43,999 nt of DNA, taken from the sequence record SRR31156797_13762; one strand, given 5' to 3'. Positions 1 to 8,205 of this stretch are shown here, in pieces. The translations under genes and the position numbers were made by a program. Each line of letters starts with the position of its first letter. Within the stretch, counting starts at the first letter, position 1. The notes under the pieces were generated by a model. That model was not told where the DNA came from. It did not search any database and saw only the letters and a list, made by a program, of their open reading frames with translations.

Positions 1-40
1 GAACCCTTTTCAAAGGGTTCTTAAGCCGCCGGAGGCATCT
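1..40 (-). repeat. Partial copy of an intergenic palindromic (REP-like) repeat, truncated by the window edge
   Basis: Reverse complement reads ATGCCTCCGGCGGC-TTAAGAACCCTTTGAAAAGGGTTC. It shares the GCCTCCGGCGGC core plus following hairpin with the copy at 1540-1570. Confidence 0.7.
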
Positions 41-662
41 TCCTCTTCTTCCCCAACGACTTCACACGAACAGGCCGTGACCGTCTTTTCGCTCCAACAC
101 CGACAGACCGACCAACATGACTGGACGCAGGAGTTGTTGCACTCTCCACTCTTGAATTGGTCGCCTGACTTGAAACTGATTGAATCACCTGCGGGACAAA
201 TCGTTCGGAAAACCCCGCTACAAAAGTCCAAAACATCAATTTTGCCATGTCAGGAGCACTTTCGGGATATGATTCTCTTACATAGCTGACCAGATCGTAG
301 TCCCGAAGCCCAATGAAAGGAGGGAGACAGAATTTGGGAAAAATCGCAATACTGAGAATCTCAGTCATAAAAAGTACATAAAGAACCAACGCAAATATGC
401 CACCGAAAAGCGGTATGATAAAAACCGACGTCCAAGACTCCGACAACAGACATAGCTCTTCATCACTGATACCCTGCAATCGTTGTTGGATGCTCACAAA
501 GCCCCCGATAACACCACAACCGAAAGCAAGAGGCGTTAAGAGCACTATGTGATCAGACCACATTGCAGCCCCGAGCGTCGCAACCGGCAAAGCCAACGCC
601 AATCCCGTCGCAACGACAAGTACTTTAGACACAGTGACTATTCTTTTCTGACGATCGTTCAT
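21..662 (-). CDS. Uncharacterised multi-pass membrane protein (about 4 TM segments, AGFSERF motif)
   Basis: ORF 21..749. The ATG at 662 follows a GGAGG RBS. Hydrophobic segments include GVIGGFVS, PLFGGIFALVLY and FVAGFSERFVP, and the C-terminal tail is basic. Confidence 0.75.
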   Translation of the reverse strand: MNDRQKRIVTVSKVLVVATGLALALPVATLGAAMWSDHIVLLTPLAFGCGVIGGFVSIQQRLQGISDEELCLLSESWTSVFIIPLFGGIFALVLYVLFMTEILSIAIFPKFCLPPFIGLRDYDLVSYVRESYPESAPDMAKLMFWTFVAGFSERFVPQVIQSVSSQATNSRVESATTPASSHVGRSVGVGAKRRSRPVRVKSLGKKRKMPPAA

Positions 663-804
663 CGCCCCTCCCTGTCTCTGACCCAAGATTTCACCGCATA
701 TATAGAACGCAGTATACCATGCCATACAGCTCGAAACAACGAGCAGCATTGCAAATATAACACGCTTAAAAAATCGATGAAGAAAGTGAAGGGAAAAAGC
801 CGGT

Positions 805-1446
805 TTAAAACAGGCTGGCTTGCTCTTGGATTTTTTGCTCGGGCTTTACGCCACGGAAGGTCAGACGATGCTGTCGGCACGGACCGAGTTTCTGAATAGC
901 GGCCATATGGTCTTTGGTGCCATATCCCATATGCTTGGAGATGCCATAGCCCGGATATCGTTTGGCAAGCTTGACCATGAGCCGATCACGAAAGGTTTTT
1001 GCCATAATGGATGCAGCCGAGATGGCCGGAATCTTGCCATCACCCTTGATGACGTATTCCTGCGGGATATCGCACTGCAAGGCATAGGGAGGAATAGTCT
1101 TGTTACCGTCAATCTGAAGGAATTTTGGCTCGGCTTTCATACCACGCACGGCACGTCCCATGGCCTGAAAGGTCGCCTGCAAAATATTGATATCGTCGAT
1201 TTCCGGCGCCCATGCCACACCCACAGCCCAAGCCACGGCCTGTTCGCGAATGAGATCATACAGCACTTCACGCTTGGCGGCTGTAAGCTGTTTGGAGTCC
1301 GTCATTCCTGGCAGGTCATACTCCGCAGGCAGAATACACGCCCCAGCCACGACAGGACCAGCCAGACAACCTCGTCCGGCCTCATCCACACCCGCAATCT
1401 CGGTAGCGGTAAATCCATCAACAGAAAACAACGTCACCTGACTCAT
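805..1446 (-). CDS. rnhB: Ribonuclease HII
   Basis: [25 protein letters not shown] and GYGT motifs; usual position after rplS. Confidence 0.97.
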   Translation of the reverse strand: MSQVTLFSVDGFTATEIAGVDEAGRGCLAGPVVAGACILPAEYDLPGMTDSKQLTAAKREVLYDLIREQAVAWAVGVAWAPEIDDINILQATFQAMGRAVRGMKAEPKFLQIDGNKTIPPYALQCDIPQEYVIKGDGKIPAISAASIMAKTFRDRLMVKLAKRYPGYGISKHMGYGTKDHMAAIQKLGPCRQHRLTFRGVKPEQKIQEQASLF

Positions 1447-1503
1447 GAAATCCTCCGCGCCATTTGTGCCTCAAAGCAGACGTTGCGGCAACTGAAAATC
1501 AAA

Positions 1504-1610
1504 GGGGAAGCCGCTCACGCGGCATTGTCAGGTGATTTCGCCTCCGGCGGCCAAAGGGCTAGACCCTTTGGAATCCCCTTGTCGCCTTTGGCGAAGTTTC
1601 ACTATGAAAC
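1504..1610 (+). repeat. Multi-hairpin REP-like intergenic repeat, copy A
   Basis: Five consecutive hairpins: GCCGC-TCAC-GCGGC, CGCC-TCC-GGCG, CAAAGGG-CTAGA-CCCTTTG, TCGCC-TTT-GGCGA, GTTTCA-CTA-TGAAAC. Collinear with 43841-43946. Confidence 0.75.
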
Positions 1611-1637
1611 CAGATAAAACAGGATTGCGGAATCTCA

Positions 1638-1675
1638 AACCACGAAAGCCCGGAGTGTCAAAAGACACTCCGGGC
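1638..1675 (-). terminator. Intrinsic terminator downstream of rplS
   Basis: Perfect 12-bp stem GCCCGGAGTGTC/GACACTCCGGGC (1648-1675), followed on the minus strand by TTTCGTGGTTT. Confidence 0.75.
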
Positions 1676-1701
1676 ATATATATCGCAACAAAATCACGAT
1701 A

Positions 1702-1820
1702 ATTTTTGGAGAAGTGGGTGGATGTGCCGACGAGAGGAAATTTCAGGACCGCCGCGTATTCCCATACGCAAGGGTCTGTAATTTCCGAACGGCGGTGCAG
1801 ACGCCCGCTTATCCGAAAAT
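1702..1820. mobile_element. MITE/ERIC-like long imperfect inverted repeat flanked by TA
   Basis: Ends ATTTTTGGA...TCCGAAAAT. The arms pair over about 57 nt around a TCCC loop. TA lies at 1700-1701 and 1821-1822. No transposase in the window. Confidence 0.5.
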
Positions 1821-2170
1821 TATTCCCAGATCTGTTTGGACTTGATGCGTGCAGCCTTACCGCGCAGGTTACGCAGGTAGTAAATACGGCTACGACGAAC
1901 TTTACCCTCGGAGACCACTTCGACGCGGTCGATGAAGGGGGAGTTCATGGGGAACACACGCTCGACACCGATACCATCGGAAATCTTACGAACGGTGAAA
2001 GTAGCGTTGGTGGTACCGCGACGACGACGAAGAACGGCACCCTGGAAAACCTGGATACGTTCTTTCTCACCCTCGATGATACGGTAGTGAACCTTGACGG
2101 TGTCACCGGCCTTAAAAGCGGGCATATCCAAACGAATGTGTTCGGCTTCAATTTTCTTGATGATGTCCAT
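1820..2170 (-). CDS. rplS: 50S ribosomal protein L19
   Basis: [55 protein letters not shown]. Confidence 0.99.
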   Translation of the reverse strand: MDIIKKIEAEHIRLDMPAFKAGDTVKVHYRIIEGEKERIQVFQGAVLRRRRGTTNATFTVRKISDGIGVERVFPMNSPFIDRVEVVSEGKVRRSRIYYLRNLRGKAARIKSKQIWE

Positions 2171-2187
2171 GATAATCTCCTAAATTC

Positions 2188-3483
2188 TTAGTACTCATCT
2201 GCGACAAGCCGGTCGACAATAATAGCAACCGCGCTTCGAACCGACAGATGGTTGTAGTCATCCAAATACCTAACGGGGCGTAATACGCCTTCGGTTTTGG
2301 AGAGGACTTCTTCCGCCAAACCGTGTCCGGTTCCAAAAATCAATAAAACCGGAGTGTTGGCAAGCCATCCCTGCAACTCTTTATATGTCATTGCAGGCTC
2401 AGCTTTCTTGCGACGATCCAGCCGTGCTGAAGTGGCCGCGAGGCGGGGACATTGCCCTGTTTGCGCCTCGATGTCAAGGACAGCAGCATCGATATCGTCA
2501 AAAACCTTTACCTTGGAAAAAGCTTCAGCACGATCCGGGTTGGCCAGACTGCCGGCACCATCTTTCCAGTGACCAAGGAGCTTGTCAGCCAAGGCCTTCT
2601 GGTCATCGATGGGCGTTGTTGCATAAAAACCACCCAGCCCATAACTGCGAGTCACCCGCGCCATGTCGTGCAGGTCGAGATTGGTCACCGAAACAGCGAC
2701 CTTCTCACCAAACTTGTTGACCACGGGATAATGGCACAATGCGATATACAAATTACGCCCCAAACGGGTGCGCGGCTGTTCTCGCAAAAAATCTATGTCT
2801 TCCACTGTCAATCGGGCTCCGGGCAACATGTCCGGGCGATCGCTCAACGTGGTCGACAGACTGCACTCTCTCCGCCAGTCAGCAATTTTGCCATGATCGC
2901 CGCTTCGCAAAACGTCCGGCACCTTCAATCCCTCATGGTCGTCAGGGCGGGTGTAATGCGGATATTCCAGCAAGCCTGCGGAGAAGGATTCTTCTTCACC
3001 CGAGTCCTCATGTCCCATGAAACCGGGCAAAAGACGTGACACGGACTCCATGAGACAGACAGCGCCAGCCTCACCGCCGTTGAGCACGAAATCTCCTACC
3101 GAAACCAGTTCAATGGGATACAGATCAAGCAGACGCTCATCTATGCCTTCATACCGACCACTGATGAGGGTGATATCCTCTTCCTGCGACAACTCGCGGG
3201 CCATGGCTTGATCAAGCGGCTTGCCACGCGGCGACAGCATCATGATACGGCCTTTGGACTCGATTGAATCTAACGCCTTGATCATGGGGTCGAGCTTAAG
3301 CAACATGCCGGGACCGCCGCCAAAAGGACGATCATCCACAGATTTATGGACTCCTCCGGCGAACTGACGCACATCAACGTAATCAAGATTGACGAGTCCA
3401 CTCTCTACAGCCTTACCCATAAGGCCGCTTGAAAGCGGAGAATCAAAATAGTGCGGAAATATGGAAACCAGATGGTAGTTCAT
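2188..3483 (-). CDS. trmD: tRNA (guanine37-N1)-methyltransferase TrmD fused to a second C-terminal SPOUT-type RNA methyltransferase domain
   Basis: N-terminal DDRPFGGGPGM, GRYEGIDER, SVGDFVLNGGE, LLEYPHYTRP. An extra ~190 aa carries VTNLDLHDMAR..RSYG, LIFGTGHGL and YNHLSVRSAVAI. Confidence 0.95.
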   Translation of the reverse strand: MNYHLVSIFPHYFDSPLSSGLMGKAVESGLVNLDYVDVRQFAGGVHKSVDDRPFGGGPGMLLKLDPMIKALDSIESKGRIMMLSPRGKPLDQAMARELSQEEDITLISGRYEGIDERLLDLYPIELVSVGDFVLNGGEAGAVCLMESVSRLLPGFMGHEDSGEEESFSAGLLEYPHYTRPDDHEGLKVPDVLRSGDHGKIADWRRECSLSTTLSDRPDMLPGARLTVEDIDFLREQPRTRLGRNLYIALCHYPVVNKFGEKVAVSVTNLDLHDMARVTRSYGLGGFYATTPIDDQKALADKLLGHWKDGAGSLANPDRAEAFSKVKVFDDIDAAVLDIEAQTGQCPRLAATSARLDRRKKAEPAMTYKELQGWLANTPVLLIFGTGHGLAEEVLSKTEGVLRPVRYLDDYNHLSVRSAVAIIVDRLVADEY

Positions 3484-4085
3484 GACTGCTTTGGTTTTTT
3501 ATTGCGGGGTGGACGGCGCTTTTTCTTCTTTTTCGGCGGCTCAGGATTCAGATACAAATCCAGCAACCCTTCGGGCGGTTCAATAGTAATGAGTTCCTGG
3601 TCAAGATCTATGTCGAGCACGAACTCAGGCACGGCAGGAAGCAGGATTTCCGTCCCGGCTTCATTGACAATGACCCAGGTATCCTGCTCTCCGGTTTCAT
3701 AATACCCTTTAAGCTCACCCACATCAGAACCATCGGTAAGAACCACACGACACCCTACCAACTGATAGAGGTAATGCTCATCTCCGTCGAGTTCAGGCAG
3801 GTCTTCCTCGCGCACAAGAACAGTCCGGCCACGAAGGGCATCTGCCTGATCGCGGTCGGTCACGCCTTGAGCCGTGAGCAGGACAAGTCCTTTGTGCTCA
3901 CGCCAGGAACCAACGGTTATGGGCTTCGGAGTTTTATTGCCATCCTGAAGATATAGGGCGCCTACCGCACCGAAAATGGACGGGGAGTCTGCATAACTTT
4001 TTATGCAGAACTCCCCTCGAATTCCGTGCGGCTTGACCACCCCACCCACAGGGATAAACCCCTTGGCGGACTGCTTAATGGTCAT
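3480..4085 (-). CDS. rimM: Ribosome maturation factor RimM
   Basis: VG.VVKPHGIRGE, DRDQADALRG, YQLVGCRV, ILLPAVPEFV; synteny. Start placed at ATG 4085, after the khpA stop. Confidence 0.95.
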   Translation of the reverse strand: MTIKQSAKGFIPVGGVVKPHGIRGEFCIKSYADSPSIFGAVGALYLQDGNKTPKPITVGSWREHKGLVLLTAQGVTDRDQADALRGRTVLVREEDLPELDGDEHYLYQLVGCRVVLTDGSDVGELKGYYETGEQDTWVIVNEAGTEILLPAVPEFVLDIDLDQELITIEPPEGLLDLYLNPEPPKKKKKRRPPRNKKPKQS

Positions 4086-4098
4086 CGATTTACCGAAA

Positions 4099-4332
4099 CT
4101 ACTCGAGAATCTCCAAGACGGAGCGTTTGCGAGCCTTGGTGGACGCGGCACCCAACAAAGTACGCATGGCGCGGGCCGTACGGCCTTGCTTACCAATAAC
4201 TTTGCCGAGATCTTCCTTGGCCACTTTGAGCTCGATTACCGAGGTCTGTTCGCCTTCGACTTCCGAAACATGCACTTCGTCCGGGTTGTCCACCAGGGAC
4301 TTGGCAATGTACTCAATCATCTCTTTCAACAT
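4099..4332 (-). CDS. khpA: KH-domain RNA-binding protein KhpA (YlqC/UPF0109)
   Basis: [12 protein letters not shown]...[28 protein letters not shown] before ATG 4332; lies between rpsP and rimM. Confidence 0.95.
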   Translation of the reverse strand: MLKEMIEYIAKSLVDNPDEVHVSEVEGEQTSVIELKVAKEDLGKVIGKQGRTARAMRTLLGAASTKARKRSVLEILE

Positions 4333-4446
4333 GACGTCACCTCCGGGGCTGACACGTCGTCGCGTGTCATGAACTTGAGCTGCCAAATGTGAACCGGACC
4401 ATGCAGGCAAGGGTCAACAGACCCACCTGCGTGTTGAAGCACGAGG

Positions 4447-4686
4447 CTACTTGCCGGCCTTTTTCAGCAGAGAACGAACGGTGTTGCTGGGCTGTGCACC
4501 CTTTTCCAACCACTTCTCGATTTTTTCCATGTCGAGCACGATTTCGTTGGGCTCGACCATCGGATTGAAATGCCCGAGGAATTCTACGGGGCGTCCATCA
4601 CGACGGGCAGCAGAGTCGAGAGCCACCACGCGGTAGAAGGGACGCTTCTTGGAACCCATCCGGGTCAGTCTGATTTTCATAGCCAT
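4447..4686 (-). CDS. rpsP: 30S ribosomal protein S16
   Basis: [39 protein letters not shown]. Confidence 0.99.
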   Translation of the reverse strand: MAMKIRLTRMGSKKRPFYRVVALDSAARRDGRPVEFLGHFNPMVEPNEIVLDMEKIEKWLEKGAQPSNTVRSLLKKAGK

Positions 4687-4773
4687 GAGCTTATTCTCCC
4701 AATAATTGATTAATACGTTTTTGCCGAGTTTATGGCAAGTTAATATAGATTAAAGACGGGTAGTCTTCATTTC

Positions 4774-6315
4774 CTATTTTTTCTTCTTCTTCTTTTTCTT
4801 GTTTTTCTTGTTCAATTTCTTCTTGTTGCGAGCTTTCAGGGTCTTTTTGGAAAGAGAACGTTTACCACCGTCTTCTTCCATATCCATCCCTGGCATTCCG
4901 GGCATCCCCGGCATACCGGGCATTCCACCCATGCCGCCCAAGGCATCCATATCAGGCATTTTGCCGCCACCCAAACCGGGCAACTTCGGCAATCCGAACT
5001 TGCCTTTCTTCTTTTTGCCGCCGCCCATCATGGACTGCATGACCTTGCTCATCTGCTTAAAATTCTTGATAAGCGAATTGACGTCGGCAACTTTGACACC
5101 GGAACCCTTGGCAATGCGCTCCTTGCGGCTTGCATTGATAAGCTTCGGCTGACGGCGCTCTTTCAAGGTCATGGATGAAATGATCGCTTCAGTGCGCTTC
5201 ATTTCATCTTCGGGCATCACGTTATCGCCCATCTGCTTCATGATGTTGCCCATACCGGGAATCATCTTGAGCAGACCTTCCATGGAACCAAGCTTCTTGA
5301 GCTTGCGCATATGACCAAGAAAATCTTCGAAATCGAACTCAGCCTTGGCCATCTTTTCAGCCATGACCTTGGCTTCTTCCTCGTCGATCTCGCCTTGTGC
5401 CTTCTCGATGAGCGTCATCATGTCGCCCATGCCGAGAATACGTGAAGCAATGCGATCCGGGTGGAAGAGTTCCAGCTCGGAAAGCTTTTCACCCACACCC
5501 ACGAACTTGACCGACTTGCCGGTCACGGTCTTGATGGACAGAGCTGCACCGCCTCGGGCATCACCGTCCATCTTGGTCAGAATCACGCCGGAAATTTCAA
5601 GTTTCTCATTAAAACTTTCGGCAACCGTAACCGCATCCTGACCTGTCATGGCATCTGCCACGAACAAAATTTCCTGTGGCTGACATTCCTTTTTGATACT
5701 GACAAGCTCGCCCATCAGCTCTTCGTCAATGTGCAGCCGACCAGCCGTATCGAAGAGGATAAGATCGCAACCCAACTCTTCGGCCTTGACCAGTGCGTCC
5801 TTGCAAATATCCACCGGATTCATATCCGTAGTAGATGGATACACAGGTACGTCAAGCTGTCTGGCCAATGTGTTCAACTGGTCGATAGCAGCCGGACGAT
5901 AAACGTCCGCAGGCACAAGATATGGTTTCTTGCCGTGCTGCTTACGCAGGAACATTGCCAGCTTGCCGGAGCTGGTGGTCTTACCGGAACCCTGCAAGCC
6001 AACCATCATCAACTTCAAAGGCTTGGCCTTGATATCCAACCCTTGCTGTTCGCCACCAAGAAGTTCAATCAACTCCTCATTGACAATCTTAATGATCTGC
6101 TGCCCCGGGTCCAGCCCCTTCATGACCTCGTCGCCGAGGGCTCGCTCCTTGACTTGGTCAACGAACTGCTTGACTACTTTGAAATTAACGTCAGCTTCGA
6201 GAAGCGCAAGACGCACTTCACGCAGACCATCCTTGATGTTATTTTCATCAAGGGTCTTCTGACCGCTAAACTTCGAAAAAGTGTTACCAAGTCTTTCTTG
6301 CAGGCTCTCGAACAA
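4774..6315 (-). CDS. ffh: Signal recognition particle protein Ffh
   Basis: ALLEADVN, GLQGSGKTT, DTAGR, TKMDGDARGGAALS, M-domain RIAKGSG; TTG start. Confidence 0.98.
   Translation of the reverse strand: MFESLQERLGNTFSKFSGQKTLDENNIKDGLREVRLALLEADVNFKVVKQFVDQVKERALGDEVMKGLDPGQQIIKIVNEELIELLGGEQQGLDIKAKPLKLMMVGLQGSGKTTSSGKLAMFLRKQHGKKPYLVPADVYRPAAIDQLNTLARQLDVPVYPSTTDMNPVDICKDALVKAEELGCDLILFDTAGRLHIDEELMGELVSIKKECQPQEILFVADAMTGQDAVTVAESFNEKLEISGVILTKMDGDARGGAALSIKTVTGKSVKFVGVGEKLSELELFHPDRIASRILGMGDMMTLIEKAQGEIDEEEAKVMAEKMAKAEFDFEDFLGHMRKLKKLGSMEGLLKMIPGMGNIMKQMGDNVMPEDEMKRTEAIISSMTLKERRQPKLINASRKERIAKGSGVKVADVNSLIKNFKQMSKVMQSMMGGGKKKKGKFGLPKLPGLGGGKMPDMDALGGMGGMPGMPGMPGMPGMDMEEDGGKRSLSKKTLKARNKKKLNKKNKKKKKKKK
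4885..4932 (-). repeat. Coding 9-bp tandem repeat encoding (GMP)n in the Ffh C-terminal extension
   Basis: catccctgg-cattccggg-catccccgg-cataccggg-cattcc; units vary at synonymous positions. Confidence 0.8.
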
Positions 6316-6556
6316 CTGTCCTATCTCCCGGAATTATCTCGTTTTCCAATTATCTACCACGCGCAAAACTCCCGTCCAGCGCGGGCAAAGAGGTGGTTTG
6401 GTAAGCCAGATCGTAGATATAGTCAAGCTCGACGAGGCGTGACAAGGGGAAATGAAACCACCCAAAAGGGTCTATTTTACAAAGTTAAAAAACCATTCCA
6501 ACCAGCCCTATTGACTTACATTCCCCCTTGGAGAATATTGACGTAAGGAGTGTTTC

Positions 6557-7363
6557 ATGCTTTTTCCCCGAATTTTCGTCATACTATTCATTCTAATCTC
6601 GGCCATTACGACGACCAATAAAGCGCACGCTGACTATCTGACCATCAGGGTACCGGCTCATTCTGACGGATTGCACAACTACTTCGTCGACCTTCTGACT
6701 ACGGCATTGGCAAAAGCCGGTCACTTGGCAGTCATCGAACAAGTGACGGACATTCCTCACCTCCGAGAACGAACCATGCTTGAAAAAGGAAAACTGAGTG
6801 TTCTCTGGCTTGTCCAATCCCAACAAAGAGACAAGCGCTATTTCCCAGTTCCCGTCGGCCTAACCAACAGTATGGTCGGCAAACGCGTCCTTCTAGTCCC
6901 CAAAAGCCAAAAAGAAGCATATAAAGACGTTAAGGATCTCCGGGACTTTAAAGCGCTCAACAAAGTCGGCGGGTTCGGTTCGCAATGGTTTGATGTAAGT
7001 GTATGGAAAGCAAACGACCTTCCTTATATGGAAGTTCCCCAATGGCGACTGCTCTACAACATGGTTGCAGAAGAATCTCGGGGCGTGGATTATTTTTCCC
7101 GAGGAATCAACGAATTGAATGACCAAGCCGACCTTCCTCCCGATCTTGTCATAGAACCACACATCATGCTCGTCTATGACCGTGACTTCATTTTCTACGT
7201 CAGCCCAACACGTCCCAAATTAGCGAAGATTCTTCGATCGGCCATTGCAGAGGCCAAAGAATCCGGCTTGATCGATCAACTTATAAAAAAACACTGGGCC
7301 AAAAATTTCGAACGACTCAAACCGGACACCCGCACAATCATCCTTCTTCATACTCCACAATAG
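6557..7363 (+). CDS. Periplasmic solute-binding-fold protein (amino-acid ABC substrate-binding-like), stand-alone
   Basis: Signal peptide ending AHA-D; VDYFSRGINE, FYVSP..PKLA, GLIDQLIKKHW resemble family-3-like binding proteins. Confidence 0.75.
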   Translation: MLFPRIFVILFILISAITTTNKAHADYLTIRVPAHSDGLHNYFVDLLTTALAKAGHLAVIEQVTDIPHLRERTMLEKGKLSVLWLVQSQQRDKRYFPVPVGLTNSMVGKRVLLVPKSQKEAYKDVKDLRDFKALNKVGGFGSQWFDVSVWKANDLPYMEVPQWRLLYNMVAEESRGVDYFSRGINELNDQADLPPDLVIEPHIMLVYDRDFIFYVSPTRPKLAKILRSAIAEAKESGLIDQLIKKHWAKNFERLKPDTRTIILLHTPQ

Positions 7364-7413
7364 GCTTCCCTCGTTGCAACGGATGCTGTTTTGTGCAAAT
7401 AATCCATTGCAAT

Positions 7414-8196
7414 ATGGAACAAAAATCAGATTCATCCTTTTGGAACGTGGCCTTCACTCATTTTGTCCCCTGTTTTTTTGTGGGGGTCTTTCTGCTTTAC
7501 CTCTTGAACGGCATTCTCCCAGAGGACATTGTTGCTACCTTGGCCGAAGGCATGTTCAGCTTGGAAGATGTGATAATTGCCACTTTGAATGGCACACTCA
7601 CGGCCGGAATCGTCTGGCTCTTTCATATACACAGAAACCGACGCCTCAAACGAAATGGAGCACGATCACTGCACCCCGTCAACGGCACAATGCTACGACA
7701 CTCCACCATTGTGGGGTTCATCGGTGGAGCACTCGACGTTCTGCTCCTGCTCCATGCTGAAGGCGTCATTTTTGTCACTATACTCGTCCTTTTCATCCTC
7801 ATCTGGCACTTAAGAATCTTCAATCACCACATCGTAAAAATGCTCAAACCGGGAAACATCGCCACATGGGCGGAAGTGTCCGAACTCATGCGCATATACA
7901 TAACCATGCTTGCCGGTTTTACCCTGCTCAACGCCACTATGGAAGGCGCACATCTCCTTCTCGGAAGCACTCCGCCATTCGGATTCATGGTGAATGGCGG
8001 CGACATTTTTCTCAATTCATTCTATTATACCGTAGTAACCATGACCACATTGGGATTCGGTGATATAGTCCCCCAAACTTGGGACGGAAAATTGCTGCTC
8101 ATTTTCCAATGTCTTGTGAGCTATGTAATGTTTGCACTCATGGTCGGTATTATTACCCGCGGCGTCATCAGTGCCCGAGACAACGACGAGTATTAG
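7414..8196 (+). CDS. Potassium channel family protein (pore domain with extra N-terminal TM helices)
   Basis: Pore helix and filter NSFYYTVVTMTTLGFGDIVP; start taken at ATG 7414 (ORF open from 7393). Confidence 0.88.
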   Translation: MEQKSDSSFWNVAFTHFVPCFFVGVFLLYLLNGILPEDIVATLAEGMFSLEDVIIATLNGTLTAGIVWLFHIHRNRRLKRNGARSLHPVNGTMLRHSTIVGFIGGALDVLLLLHAEGVIFVTILVLFILIWHLRIFNHHIVKMLKPGNIATWAEVSELMRIYITMLAGFTLLNATMEGAHLLLGSTPPFGFMVNGGDIFLNSFYYTVVTMTTLGFGDIVPQTWDGKLLLIFQCLVSYVMFALMVGIITRGVISARDNDEY

Positions 8197-8205
8197 GAGC
8201 ACCCA

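Noticed and set aside
5461-6546. Long antisense ORFs (also 820-1617, 13382-14329, 39132-39959)
   Set aside because: They lie opposite well-supported genes and show no motifs or RBS.
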